The notes: generated from the sequence alone by a model not told the origin. DNA of 64,000 bases from Octopus vulgaris (GCA_951406725.2 OX597822.1:77810001-77874000); one strand, 5' to 3'. Shown: positions 25,562-39,141, counted from the stretch's first letter. Program-made: numbers and translations.

Positions 25562-26431
25562 AGTGTGTGTGTGTGTGTGTGTGTGTGTACGTAAATGAGA
25601 AACAATATTATATTGTATTATGTGGATAGGCATTGAATAAGAGAGACTTGGTGGCGTGAGGAAAAATAACGAAATGGAGAGATATAAAGATAGGAAAAGA
25701 CCGTGACATAACGGTTAGAAAAGAGCAGAATATTGGGGGAAAGATAGACGTGTAAAGGAGATGATAGATGAAAGGTAGTGAGATATGCTATGTGTGAAAG
25801 AGAGAGAGAATGGAAGAGAGAGATGAAGGGGAGTGCTGTAAATGAAAAGAACATGAAACGTAGATATGTGTGTGCGTGTGTGTGTGCGTATTTCTCCTTG
25901 GTCTATGTTTCAATCATTTGGCTGCGGCCATGCTGGGGTATCACGTTGAAGTGGCCTTTTTTTTTTACAACCGAGGAAATCAACTCCATATTTATTGTTT
26001 TAAACTGTGGTACTTATTCTATCGGTTTCTTTTGTCAAACCGATAATTTACGGGGATGTAGACAAACCAACGCAGGTTCTCACGCACTGGACAAACTCAG
26101 ACAAAAGACAGCCACACACGACACACACATATATGCATACATGTCTATCTATATAAATATATATACATATATATGAAATTATATATACATACATATATAT
26201 ATCTGTATATATTACCATACACGCAGACACACACACACAGTAACCACCACACGCTTACACGCTATCACAAACACACGCTACCATAAATACACACACACAC
26301 GCGCTGACCATTTTCTCACACTCCTGTCCTAGAAAGCACTTTCTGTTCATTCCTTCTACTTCAAAAATGTAACCGCACGTGATTGTCGGCGATCTTTTTC
26401 CTTCTTCGTCTTGGACTTTCCTGCTTTTCTT

Positions 26432-26466
26432 GTTTCCGAAGAAGAGATATGCTCGAAACGTAAAAC
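26432..26466 (+). ncRNA. Minimal type I hammerhead-ribozyme-like motif in a Penelope-like terminal repeat
   Basis: GTTT-CCGAAGA-A-GAG atatg CTC-GAAAC-GTA-AAAC. Stem I GTTT/AAAC. Confidence 0.55.
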
Positions 26467-26689
26467 TACTACTCTTTTCCTTCGCTGAGCGTCTTAATAC
26501 ATTGATTGTGCTACATCAACACGTTCGTTCGTTTTTTTTTTTTTTTTTTGGCTTAAAGCAAAGATGTGTACTTGTCCCATATCTTTTTTCTTCTATGCTT
26601 TGCAGCTATGTTCCACGACATTCCAGCTACCCTGGTGTAGATAGAGATCAAGTATCGCTTCGATGGGGAATTCTACAATCTGTCCAGGT

Positions 26690-27050
26690 TTAAAATCACA
26701 AAGCCTAATCAATAACACTTGAGTTATTGACCTGTACTACGTCGATAACAATTCCTCGCTTGCTCATTCGCCTGAAGGAGTGGGTTGATAAATTCAAAAA
26801 CGCATATGATCGCTTCAGTCTGACGACCGGCATCTAATTGATCAAAATACCTATTCAGCTTGCCCCAAACTTAATTTTTTTAAGGTTTCAAAATCCCTAA
26901 TCTCCCACCCAAATATCATTGTAACAAAGGAAAAACTTTCATGTTCACGGAAGCATCCTTTCCAGTGAACGCAATTCAGAGAAAGACGTCTAGAAAACGT
27001 TTCCAGCTGGCGATGTCGTATTTGGAAAACTCTTTCATCGTGTCTTCGCA
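26690..27050 (+). mobile_element. Probable Penelope-like RT relic
   Basis: YYVDN (RYVDD-like) and SHPNIIVTKE (HPxIxFTxE-like). Heavily decayed. Confidence 0.45.
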
Positions 27051-27879
27051 AACCAGAACCTGATATTACAAATCATTATTTGCACACATATATCTATACA
27101 ATAATAAAGAAAACTGCTTATTAATTAGTTAAGTGTATGTAACTCTTAATTATTTAAAGTCCACAATCTGGAAAATACTTCAAAATTCCAGTTTTAATGC
27201 AGGTTTTGTAGCAAAACATGTTTTTCACGATTATTTTATTAATGAAGATTTCAGTCGCATAATTCAGTCAGTAAACTAATCTTAATTCACTGCGATTTTT
27301 AACATCTTACTCCTTTTGTCTCTCTTCTCTTTCTCTCATTTGTTTATCACTTCTGTTGCCGTTAGCATTTCTTCTTTCTGTCCCTTTTCTCTTCATCGTC
27401 TTTTCACCGTCTTGCTCCCCATCTTCTTTATCTTCTCTCTCCCTCCCTCTCATTCACTCACTATCTTCTCCCTCTCATTCATTCACTCTTTCACTCACTC
27501 AATCTTCATTTGTATCTCTTCCCCTGTTAATTCATTTAATACTTTTCATCTTTCCTCGTACACTATTACTTTCACTTCTTTCTTTGCAACGCTCTCTCTT
27601 TCTACCATATCTACTCACCATTCACTTGTTTTTATTGAAAATAAGTGATTACTAGGATTTTCTTTGAGTTAGTTTGAGAAAATTTGTGAACAATTTTTAC
27701 GTTTTATCTTCTTATATCAAAACTCCATAGGAAGTTTTCAATTCAAGTTTCATTCCGTTCCACATAAACTTGTAGCCCTTGATTCTTTAAATAACGAAAC
27801 CTTAGGGTTATTTTCTGTGCCTGCATCGATTTTACCTTTATTGTTCAGTAATATGATGATTCCTTTTAACATATTTCGT

Positions 27880-28075
27880 TTCACATTCTGGCACAAGACC
27901 AGCAATTGCGGGAAAGGAGGTAAATCGATTGCATTGACCCCTTGGCACTTATTTTACCAGCCCTGAAACGATGAAAGACAAAGTTGACCTCGGCAAAATT
28001 TGAACTCAAAACGTAAAGACGAAATGTCGCTAAGCATTTTGCCCAGTGCTTTAACAATTCTGCCGACTCGCCACT
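27880..28075 (-). mobile_element. Degenerate Nin-like SINE
   Basis: Match to the 1-285 family. Confidence 0.75.
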
Positions 28076-28129
28076 CTAATAATGTTTAGCATATTAATTA
28101 CGATACAATTTATAATACATATACTGTGT

Positions 28130-28740
28130 TATTTGCTTCCACATTAGAATTTTTCAATTCAACGTGGATCGTCCAAAATAATATGCGACTTACACAGAAT
28201 GGTTGGCAGGAAAGACAACAGCAAAGGAACAGAAAGGCAACTGCATCAGAGAAAATCAGGGTAAGATATCTGAAGGAAATGTCTGACTATGCACGTAGGC
28301 GTAGAGTATATAATTCTGTTACTGCTACAGATGACAGACTAGCTAACGTATCTTAAGAGAATAAATTACTTCAAAACAATACACTGAGCCAGCTTTCAGT
28401 CGGTGAATATTCAGGTGCCAATTAATAATCATTACCAAATGGACAGGATATGCAGACAATTATCTCATGCAAATAGTAGTGAGCAGCAAACAGAAACAGC
28501 ATTGAAAGCAGGTTGTTAAGAGACCAGACTGAATATGTAAAAATCGTTCAAAAGTCTGGTAAAAGATTATCAATCCATGCCAATTTCGAGGACCCTCAAG
28601 AACAGGCTGTCCTGTCTGTTATACACTCACATAAAGCAAAGATTCTACACGTTTGCTACCATTGCAAGGCTTACTGATGGCCTGCTGAATCGAAATATCT
28701 ATGTCCTTTTGGGAGAAGACCAGACGGTGGGCTGTGTTTC
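28130..28740 (+). mobile_element. Possible Penelope-like linker / GIY-YIG-proximal relic
   Basis: VKIVQKSGKRL and GCPVC-like peptides. Weak. Confidence 0.3.
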
Positions 28741-28960
28741 TGTTACTATGCATTACATACATGCATACATACATACATACATACACACACACATTTGTGT
28801 TTTCATCTAAAATGGAAACGAACACTTCATCTGGATCGGCTCGAAAAATTTAGATGTTAAGATATTTTCCTTAACATGAAACCAATGGTAGACTTAATTT
28901 TATCCACCAATGTCATGTTAAGCACTCATTCTCGTCGATCGACATTTACATCGCTCTCTC

Positions 28961-29035
<75 letters not shown>

Positions 29036-29368
29036 GCGTGTGTGTTAGGTCTTATATCTTGGCCATAGGTCTTATATCATTATTTCGGGTTGACTCAAGA
29101 TTTATAAAATTAAGTTAACGGAAATTGTAAAAGCCCATCTAATTGACTCGACTTGGAATTCAAAGGTTCTGCCTTCAGTTCTGCTTGTGAATCACATTAA
29201 GTGACAAACAAACAAACACATACAAACACACGGACGGACTTGTACCCGTCGGTTTTGGTGCAAATATTATAACATGCAAAAAAAAAAAAAAACCCTAAAA
29301 ACGAAGACGAAGTAAATAGAAAACAGAGTGTAATAGGTTTACGCTCTGAAAAAAATAAAAGGAAAAGC

Positions 29369-29404
29369 CTTCGACGTTTCGGGTACACGTTCTTCTTCAG
29401 AAGA
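29369..29404 (-). ncRNA. Hammerhead-like motif (degenerate stems)
   Basis: Minus strand CTT-CTGAAGA-AGAACGTGTACCC-GAAAC-GTC-GAAG. Confidence 0.45.
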
Positions 29405-29850
29405 AAAGACAGGGAGAGAAAAAAGGAGAAAAAAAAACGTGTCTCGATCAGATAGTCATTGCATGCATTTACGTATATGTGTGTGAGCGTGTGTACATAC
29501 ATAATGTTTGCTTTATATTTAGATATAATAAAAACAATTTTACATTAATTTGAAGAGTTTTAGTGTGTGTGTGTGATAGAGAAAGTGTATGTGTGTGTGC
29601 GTGCGGTTTGTAGGTTATGTATATATGTATATATATGTATGAGTGTATAACTCCGAGAGTTATAAACAAATATATTAATATCAAATGGTCTACGTTCACC
29701 ACGTTGAAGCCTGTATTTCGTTCATGAGCACCATCATATTCCCGAATAAACCCACAAACGAACACCTGCATATGCATACACAGACCCCCCCACACACACA
29801 CACACGTACTCACCAAGTATATAACAGACTGGTAAGTCACTCAAAATACC

Positions 29851-30079
29851 TATTTCTTTACTACCCACAAGGGGCTAAACACAGAGGGGACAAACAAGGA
29901 CAGACACGCGGATTAAGTCGATTATATCGTCCCCAGTGCGTAACTGGTACTTATTTAATCGACCCCGAAAGGATGAAGGGCAAAGTCGACCTCGGCGGAA
30001 TTTGAACTGAGAACGTAGCGGCAGACGAAATACCGCTAAGCATTACACCCGGTGTGCTAACGATTCTGCCAGCTCGCCG
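29851..30079 (-). mobile_element. Full Nin-like SINE with 11-bp target-site duplication
   Basis: CTCAAAATACC at 29840-29850 and 30080-30090. Confidence 0.9.
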
Positions 30080-30537
30080 CTCAAAATACCACAACATATA
30101 TCATAGGATTCTGCCTAGCAGAGAAGCTTCACAACTTCTCACAACCATTTCAATTAAATCTCTGAAATCATCTCAAAATGACTACATGAGCAGTGAGATC
30201 TCTTGAGACACCTCCAACTACAAATGAATTACATAACTAGATAAATATACATCTATCAGAGGCAAAAATGAAAGTAAGTCTGCAAACGATTTCTCAAAAC
30301 GTTTTTACAAAATTCTTATAAAACCTGTTGCAAAACTTCTCTATCAACATGATACATTTACATCCACCGTAATATTTTTTCATCTTTATCACACACACAC
30401 ACACATACATTATGATTTCAAATTTTGACTATATTTCCATTTATCTACACACACGACACACACAAATCCTGCTCAGGGAGATAGATTTCTATACAGACCT
30501 GTACATATTTCTTTTAGTAATGTGTGTATTTGTGCAT

Positions 30538-30576
<39 letters not shown>

Positions 30577-31072
30577 CAAGAGATATATTCATGTTTTAAA
30601 ATCTATAGAGATAATTCACATAGATACGTAACTATTTTTTTGCTGCTGTGTGTATTTAAATAAATCTCTTTTTATTATATGTTCATATCTTTTTCATTAT
30701 ACCATTCGTATCTCTTTTCATTTTTATACGCGACTCTTTTGATCTCTTTGTGTTATATTATGTCAATCTTTTTAATCCTTTTATATATCACACTTTATAC
30801 AGGTATATCTTTATCAACATTTATAAATATATATCTTTATGTAACACACAAACACGTTTTATATTTTATTATAAATATACGACACATAATTGTTTTGTTT
30901 CTATTATTTCCTATTTCTATATATTTCGTTGCATTCTTTATAAGTATTAATACTATATGTTTTATTACTACTGTTTTGTGCATATAAGTACTGCATACAT
31001 GCGTTTGTGTATGAACTGTCAAGCAGGCCTATGCGCAAATACCTACGTGTGTGTATGTGTGTATATATATAA

Positions 31073-31376
31073 GGCGCGTGGCTTAGTGGTTAGGGCATTC
31101 GGCTCACGATCGTAAGGTCGTGAGTTCAATTCCCGGCGACGCGTGGGCTCGAGCAAGACACTTTATTTCACGTTGCTCCAGTCCACTCAGCTGGCAAAAA
31201 TGAGTAGTACCTGTATTTCAAAGGGCCGGCCTTGTCACACTCTGTGTTACGCTGAATCTCCCTGATAACTACGTTAAGGGTTGTGGAGTGCTCAGCCACT
31301 TGCACGTTAATTTCACAAGCAAGCAGTTCCGTTGATCCTATCAGCTGGGACCCTCGTCGTCGTAATCGATGGAGTC
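31073..31376 (+). mobile_element. tRNA-derived SINE, apparently chimeric
   Basis: Head and middle resemble the 35969 family; tail resembles the 43393 family. Confidence 0.8.
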
Positions 31377-31399
31377 CTCCTTTATATATATATTTCCTT

Positions 31400-31594
31400 T
31401 TATTTGTTTGTCATTTGACTGCGGTCATGATGGAGCACTACCTTTTAGTCGAACAAATCGACCCCAAGACATTCTTTGTAAGCCTAGTACTTATTCTATA
31501 GGGTCTTTTGCCGAACCCCTAGTTTACGGAGACGTAACACACCAGTATCGGTTGTCAAGCGATGACGGGGGGGGGGATGACAGACGCAGACGCA

Positions 31595-31634
<40 letters not shown>

Positions 31635-31797
31635 TATATGACGGGCTTCTTTCAGTTTCCGTCTACCAAATCCATTCACAAGGCATTGGTCGGCCCGAGG
31701 CTGTAGAAGATACTTGCCCAAGGTGCCACACAGAAGAACTGAAACCGGAACCATGTGGTTTGTAAACAAGCTACTTTCCACAAAGCCACTCCTGCGC
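31400..31797 (-). mobile_element. CORE-like SINE
   Basis: Match to the 1323 family. Confidence 0.85.
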
Positions 31798-32295
31798 TTA
31801 TTACATTTAAAATACATAAATGTGTGTGTGCGCGCATGTGTGTGCGCGCATGTGTGTGCGCGCATGTGTGTGCGCGCATGTTTTAAATTTGTTTATGGGA
31901 AACGTTTTGAATATGTAAATGTCTCCTATTCTATTATGTCGGCCACAGTCTAATGATGCTGACTGGTGAACCAGTTATTCGGGGTTGCAGTGAGCTGTAC
32001 CGATGTAACGTAGGATAAGTATAACAGTAATAATAACAATCTTTGGATAGGATTATTAAACATGTAATGCAACGCTACGCACGTCTCCACTATTCACATG
32101 TCTCTTAAGGTTACAGTCCGTATTCCTGGGATGATTACAATGTAGTCAGTACTACCCGCGGGCATCAAGTTGATCATCTTCATAGGTTCATTTTTTCAGG
32201 CGATATAGCATTAATGGATGAACAACAGAGGGATATTTACCCCCTTTTACCAGTATGAACAGGGGTATTTCTGTGTGCATTTGGTGGGGAGGAGC

Positions 32296-32588
32296 CAGTG
32301 GCGGAGTGGGTCTAAAAATATTGGCTGCCAGGAGACTAAGGGGGTCCACCTGCAACTACAATTCTATCATTTAATTTTTTCTTTTTTCTTAAAAGTATTC
32401 TCTTCAACTGTCTCCAAACACAGCCAGGCTAAAATAACTAATGTATTCTTGCAGCAGTGAATAAAAAATTCTCAAATTTGAGGGGATGGGCCCCTTACAT
32501 ACTAACATGGGCCCCCATATATGGATTTTAATGGCGCAGGGGCCCACTTGCCATCGGGCAAGCTGGCAATTTGGCCAGTCCGCCACTG
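32296..32588. mobile_element. 293-bp hAT-type MITE
   Basis: TIR CAGTGGCGGAGTGG / CCAGTCCGCCACTG. Perfect 8-bp TSD GGAGGAGC at 32288-32295 and 32589-32596. Confidence 0.9.
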
Positions 32589-32937
32589 GGAGGAGCGAAA
32601 GGTGATGGAAACAGAGAAAGGAATGGTAGTTATACGGGAATGGAGGTGCATGTGGTAGTGTTGGACTTATTTTGCTATTCATTTTGCTATTCATTCAGCA
32701 GATCTTAAGCACGGGTAGCACATTCTTTTGTTTGTTTTCATTTAAGGCATAGCTATATTCAATAAATTCTGATGTCAACAGATCATCCGGAAGTGCTATT
32801 ATAGCCATCAGCTGTTGGAGTTTATTGACTGAACTGATGATACATTCTCATGGTGACCTTTTATTGTTTCTTGTGGTATAGTGTATAGCATCCTAAATAT
32901 TGGTTGGTTTATTTGTTTGGGTTCCTTCTCTGTCCTA

Positions 32938-33857
32938 TTGGGTCATCCCATAAATAATGCATATTTTTCAATTGTATGAACTAAAAGTCGGAAGGGGACT
33001 GGATAAACTACCTGCATCAACGTGCTAGAACAGAAAGTAGTAATTTTACCTTGTATTTATTCTTAGTGCAAGTTTTGAAGAGTGCAGTTCGATTTTAACA
33101 GTAATTTTTTCAAAGCTATAATGGAAGTCACAAAGGAGCATATTCGGTATATTTTGCTTAATGAATAAAGGTAACAACGCAACAGAAAATATGAAGAATG
33201 TTAATGCAGTATATTGGGGATCAGACAATAAGCGTAAGCCAGCGTCAACGGTGGTTACAGAAATTCCGAGCCGGAAACTACAGCCTAGAAGACGAGCTTC
33301 GTCCTGGAAGATCTGTAGAGCTCGACGAGAACATCCTGCAAACCCTGGTGGAATAAAATTCCATTGTAACTGTTGAGGAATTAGCAGAGAGGCTTGGATT
33401 TGGTCATTCAACCATTCATCGACACCAGCGTTACAAGAAAAACAACCATCTTTGGTTTCAAGATAAAAGGTGTTCTTCCACCAATATAATGCTCGGCCAC
33501 ATACAGCGAGGATGACATTCCAAAGGCTGGGGTAATTTGAATGGAAAACGATACCCCACCCACCATATTCGCCGGATATTGGCCCATCTGGTTATCATTT
33601 ATTCTGCAGTCTTCAAAATCATTCGGACAGAAAAAATATGAATTCTGCAGACGAGGTCAGAACAGTACTGGAGGAGTATTTTTCGTCACGGACAAGTGAA
33701 TTTTGGAAGAGGGGCCTTGCAAGTCTACCAGATAGATGGAAGAGCATTGTAGAAAATGAAGGAGAGTATATTTTAGATTAAAAAAGAACTTTGTTTATCT
33801 TAATTTTGAAAAACAGATGAAGTATTAAAAACCCGCATTATTTATAGGTTGACCCAA
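32938..33857 (+). mobile_element. Mariner (DD34D) with internal deletion
   Basis: TIRs TTGGGTCATCCCATAAATAATGC / GCATTATTTATAGGTTGACCCAA, TA TSD, MEVTKEHIRYILL..., PPYSPDIGPSGYHLF. Same family as 41048-42300. Confidence 0.9.
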
Positions 33858-34056
33858 TATAATAAGCTATTTCGTTTCAAAATATTTTTTCAAATTCCAG
33901 AAACGACGTTTTTTCCTTATGTTTAGAAGTGCCTATCTATCACGTTTTCCTTGGATGTGTACAGACACAAGCACACATACACACACACACACATATATGC
34001 ATGTATCTTTGTACGTTTGCATGTATGTATATGCACATATGCACACACGCACATAC

Positions 34057-34253
34057 ATGCTGAAGAACTTCACTTCGAAACCGCAAGTCCCAAGTTCACT
34101 CCTATTGTACGTCATTTTGGATGAATTCCAGTATCCGTTGCCTTTACACGTTAATTCGGTAGCAGAATCCTCGTCATTGGCCGACGGAGATTCGTCACTA
34201 CCACCACCACCACCACCACCACCACCACCGTTACGGATGCCTCCACCACCATA
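34057..34253 (-). CDS. Candidate internal coding exon of a host gene (Gly-rich, N-glycosylated, extracellular-like segment)
   Basis: Acceptor ttcctatcag|, donor AT|gtatgt. Open frame YGGGGIRNG(G)nSDESPSANDEDSATELTCKGNGYWNSSKMTYNRSELGTCGFEVKFFS. Unique sequence, no TE motif recognised. Confidence 0.5.
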
Positions 34254-35968
34254 CTGATAGGAATCCAAATGGATTCATATATATGCATGCATACATACAT
34301 ACATACATACATGCATGTATACATACGTACATAGATATATGCAGGTAGACAGGCAGGAAGACAGACAGACAGGTTGACAGATATATGTAATAGACATGTG
34401 GCACAGGGGGAAGACAAAAGTATAGCGGGAAAAAAGAAATTCATCACGATTTCGACACCTAACGATGATATTGTTCAATTTGGAGATGTCAGTATTTTGA
34501 CCTGTTGAGGCTTAAATGAGCGGAGTGATAGACGAACATGAAGAGGAAAAATAAGACACATACATGCATACATGCACACATACACACACACGCACACCCA
34601 TGCACATACGCACACACCCATGCACATACATACAAACTGAATGACATACAAGGATATACTGATGTTGAAATTCCAATGAAGGAGCTCTGGATCCTAGGTA
34701 AGAAACCGGCTCTTTCTCTATTGGCAAGAAATTTTGAAATAAAACTGAATAATGACATACATACAGACATTGAGTAAACGCTGAAGTGACAATCTGGATA
34801 AGCTTGGGTTTTCAGAAAAAGAAATCAACCAGCTTACACATTACAAATGCAATCTGCAAGTGGGACAGTAAAAATATGCAAGACTTTTCTCACGTTAAAA
34901 ATGTGACACTGGTTTTTGTTATATACATTCCAACGATGGAGTTCTGTATCTTGGTTAGAAAGCAGCTGCTTCCTCAGAAGAATTTGAATAATCGAAAACA
35001 AAAGAAAACGTACATACATACATATCATTGGAAATCCCTCCTTTCAGGTGGCATCAAACTTGCAATAAAACAACCCTCAAGTAACCACTTAGGATGACAG
35101 AAATTACGAAATGAAAGGGAAAAAATCTGAGAAGCTACTCTATGAATTATAAAACGATCAACGTAAGATATAAAAGAATAAAGCTCATATTTATCTGGGA
35201 AACAAGAAGACGGAAAACAGCTCCATAACACAGATGTTTGAGGAAAAAAACCGCTGGAGTAGAAACACTTTTTGCAAGAAAGGAAGAGATTTAATAGAAT
35301 ATCAAGTTACTAGATTAGTAATCTTGAGATAAGGTACGTGGAAATTCTGCATCGACGTATTTATGGAAAATAAATATAGAACTAATGTTCTGGTGATGAG
35401 AAAGATGATGTGCAGGAGAAGTTTATCAGCTAAAAACAGGAGCAATAATTTTAAAAATACAACTTGGAACTCGATCAAGGATAGAGATAAACAGCCGAGT
35501 GATCAGCACAAACGTGACAATAGTGTGCAATACGAAAACCAATAAAAGACTGAATATATTCTATGGAAAGATAACAAGTTCGATATAGACGGAGGGCAGA
35601 CTCTTATAGATTTAATGTAATCATTCCAAGAGCTTAAAATAGGAGTGATATCCCAAAAATGATACAGGAAACCCACGCGTTACGGAAATGTCGCGTTGCA
35701 GACGCGACACAATATAGTTTATTTAGGAATCTGCACACACATACACACGCAAGAACACACACACACACCTTTTTTCTATGTTTATTTATTTATATATATA
35801 ATTTTTATTCGTTTATATATGCATAAGATTTACAAAACAATGTGCATGGGTATTGCCCGTGCATATTGTTTTGAAAATCTTATAAATATTATATCTTAGA
35901 CTAGCAGAGATGCCCAGCGTTGCTCAGGATAAAAATGGTATAGTTTGTTTATATATATATTACAGTTA

Positions 35969-36311
35969 GGCGCATGGCTCAGTGGTTAGAGCATCGAGCT
36001 TACGATCGTGAGGTTGTGAGCTCGAATCCCGGACCGGGCTGCGTGTTGTGTTCTTGAGCAAGGCACTTTATTTTCACGTTGCTCCAGTTCACTCAGCTGT
36101 AGAAATAAGTTGCGACGTCACTGGTGCCAAGCTGTATCGACCTTTGTCTTTCCCTTCGATAACACTGGTGGCGTGGAGAGGGGAGGCTGGTATGCATGGG
36201 CGACTGCTGGTCTTCCATAAACAACCTTGCCCGGACTTGTGTCTAGGAGGGTAACTTTCTAGGTGCAATCCCATGGTCATTCATGACCGAAGGGGGTCTT
36301 TACCCCCTTTT
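35969..36311 (+). mobile_element. tRNA-derived SINE (GGCGCATGGCTCAGTGG family) nested in the Helitron
   Basis: A box TGGCTCAGTGG, B-box-like GCTCGAATCC. Second copy at 59564. Confidence 0.85.
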
Positions 36312-36489
36312 TATGTTGAAACAGGTGATATGGGAAAGTGCAGCATTGACGACAAAACATTTGTGGAGTAAATGATGGTCTAATTTGACTAATCGACATG
36401 TAATAGGTCTATTTGGAGGATTCCATGCTCTAACCTAGCAAGGAAAATTGAGGGTGGGGGGTATGATTTTTGAACCCACCGAAAAGCTG

Positions 36490-36900
36490 TCAGTGAATAT
36501 AGTCGCCTTTGAGAGTACGTAAATGGGTACATTTGGGAAAAAGGGCTGCAATGGGAGGCGGAACTGTTAAAAAAGGTTGAGGAGGAGCTGGTAGTGCTGG
36601 CAATCTTATCCTACCGCCCGACCAGCACATTCCGTTAGTTTCATTTGGAAATTTGAAAGTTTTGCAGAAATTGCAATTTGAGTGTAGCACACCAATTTGT
36701 ACAGAATTATCATTTTCATAAGAATGGGATGGATCATATCTGAAAGCAGCTCTTGGTGTTGTGAAGAACGAATTTGCATGTGGTCTATTTCTGAGAGCTA
36801 TTGTATTGGACCTCTGCCTAATCTGGCGTGCTAAACGTTGATCTAATGACTCGGCATTAAGTATTACAGCATGCCTTAGCTGATCTTGGGAAAGTCTCAT
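36490..36900 (-). pseudogene. Helitron RepHel N-terminal zinc-finger fragment
   Basis: AFRYDP..VQIG..CNFCKTFKFPNETNGMCWSGGRIRLPALPAPPQP, the characteristic Helitron CxxC..CC..GK.xLP.L..PP motif. Confidence 0.8.
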
Positions 36901-37064
36901 CTCCTCTGTTGAAACACTCGCATTCGATTTTCTGCAATCGTCCTCGCTTTATACGTATTTCTGAAGAGATTGTGTCTTTTCTTTAGTGGCATAGTTTTTC
37001 AATAATTGTAAACAAAAAAAAGTATGTACATAGAAAGAATATACATCAATCCTCTATTTTTTAA

Positions 37065-37845
37065 GCAGTTGTATGTATATAGTGTGTCCATATTTTTGTA
37101 TGCAGTGTAAATTAACGAAATATAAGCAAATGAACGAAATAGCACATATATGGAACTGCTAATTTAACGGCAAATGCCACAATAATTATTACAGAGAGAC
37201 AAAGAATTTTATGTTTTACCTTGCAACTGCTGCGGTGATTATTAACTGGTAATGGAACAGTAAATGGGTATTGTTTCAATGGAAATGAAAATAAAATTTC
37301 GTATTGACACTGGGGATACCACACTTCGCGCATGTCCCCTGAGCAAGAAGAAAGAGACAAAAATAAAATAACACGTGTTAATTATTTTTCTGAAAACGTT
37401 CAATGACGTTAACTGGAGTGTGGGGTTCGAGTAGAGGTCATTCCTTTTCATTTGTTATTACCATTCTTTTCATTCGATTTTATTTTCCCCCCACTTTTGT
37501 GTTTTGTCTGACCTTGTGCTGTTCCCTCTGTATTTCGACCCTGTGTGGTTAATAAAAAAATCAAGTCCTCAGGTATGTATATGCATATGCAGATGTGTGT
37601 GTGTGTGTGAGTTTAATAACGTACATAGTATGACTGTATTTTTGTATGCAGTGTAAATTAGCGAAATAGAAGTATATGTATAGAGACAAAGAATTTTATA
37701 TTTTACCGTCCAACCTTGCAACTGCTGCGATAATTATTTACTTGGTAATGGAACAGTAAATGTGTATTGTTTTAAAGGAAATGAAAATAAAATTTCGTAT
37801 TGACACGTCACGCATGTCAGTCGTCTGGTATGTATGCGTAGATGT

Positions 37846-37886
<41 letters not shown>

Positions 37887-37950
37887 TGTGCCTGTTTAAT
37901 AACGTATCGTATATAGTATGTCTATATTTTTGTATGCAGTCTAAATTAAT
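37065..37950. repeat. Internal direct duplications inside the Helitron
   Basis: TATTTTTGTATGCAGT.TAAATTA occurs three times. GGTAATGGAACAGTAAATG..AAATTTCGTATTGACAC occurs twice. Confidence 0.8.
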
Positions 37951-38067
37951 CCCCCAAAATTACATGTTGACCCTTTTGAGGTCTCATAGTATTACCATGT
38001 AAACTTTGATTTGATTTGGTTGAGCCGTTTGATAATGCACTGGGAACAGACAGTGATACAAAGGATT

Positions 38068-38136
<69 letters not shown>

Positions 38137-38142
38137 GTATGA

Positions 38143-38370
38143 GGCCGGTGAGCTGGCAGAAACGTTAGCACGCCGGGCGAAATGCTTAGCAGTATTTCGT
38201 CTGCCGCTACGTTCTGAATTCAAATTCCGCCGAGGTCAACTTTGCCTTTCATCCTTTCGAGGTCGATTAAATAAGTACCAGTTACGCACTGGGGTCGATA
38301 TAATCGACTTAATCCGTTTGTCTTTCCTTGTCCTCTCTGTGTTTAGCCCCTTGTGGGTAGTAAAGTAAAA
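38143..38370 (+). mobile_element. Full Nin-like SINE
   Basis: Sense copy of the 1-285 family, sitting in a TA tract. Confidence 0.9.
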
Positions 38371-38482
38371 TATATATAGATAGATAGATAACAGAAATCA
38401 CTTACGTGGACAGCAGTATCTGTGAAACTTTGCGTAATAACAGTAAATAACCTCACTACTATATAAACTCAATACACGTACG

Positions 38483-38548
<66 letters not shown>

Positions 38549-38569
38549 GTGTGTGTAGTAAAAAAGCAG

Positions 38570-38950
38570 AACTTGTAAACTTCACAATTAGCTCATAATT
38601 TAATTGTCCTTTACAGCTATTTCAAGGCATAAGCTAGCATTGTTTAACTAATTACATAATTAAAATGTATAAGCAATTTGAAAGTGACGAGAGGAAAAAA
38701 AATAGTAACTGTTTTCCGATTATCACTTTTTTCTCCTCGCGACTATAAAGGTTACACACAACTTATAAACTAATTAATTTATTATTTATTTTAATTACGT
38801 AGTTGTAAAGACAATGATGCTCTATGGCTCTGATACTGATGTGGAGCACAATTGAATTATGGAGGATTTGTGAAATTTGTTCTTTTCTGATTTTTATTCC
38901 AAATATGCTGATTTGAAATACCATTTCAGTCGAAAATGTATATAAATGCA
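38570..38950 (-). mobile_element. Penelope-like GIY-YIG 3' relic
   Basis: SNQHIWNK and VCNLYSREEKKVII (C.LC..EK..I-like). Downstream GAAATAGCTGTAA hammerhead half-site near 38608-38622. Confidence 0.45.
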
Positions 38951-39061
38951 AGTCTGTCCCACCAGCGTTCGTTGCATTATGTAAACGTTTTGGAGTTTAA
39001 CGATGTGTCCTCTGCTGACCTCATAATTATCACGATTATCATTTTTTATGCTATCATCAAT

Positions 39062-39099
<38 letters not shown>

Positions 39100-39108
39100 A
39101 CACCACAT

Positions 39109-39141
<33 letters not shown>

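Larger units (their letters stand above)
35901..38380 (-). mobile_element. Non-autonomous Helitron with candidate termini and nested SINEs
   Basis: Minus-strand 3' end CCTGAGCAACGCTGGG hairpin + CTAG|T at 35901. Candidate 5' end A|TCTATATATA at 38380. Internal RepHel N-terminal relic. Confidence 0.7.

Noticed and set aside
34056-34092. CTGAAGA...CGAAAC..GTC hammerhead-like match on the plus strand
   Set aside because: Neither stem I nor stem II pairs. It is a chance match opposite the candidate exon.
35969-36040. tRNA-like sequence with A and B boxes (also at 31073, 43393, 52020, 59564)
   Set aside because: These are SINE heads continuing into SINE bodies, with no intact cloverleaf.
37530-37575. 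Minus-strand CTGAGGA...CGAAA
   Set aside because: No stem III or NUH site in register.
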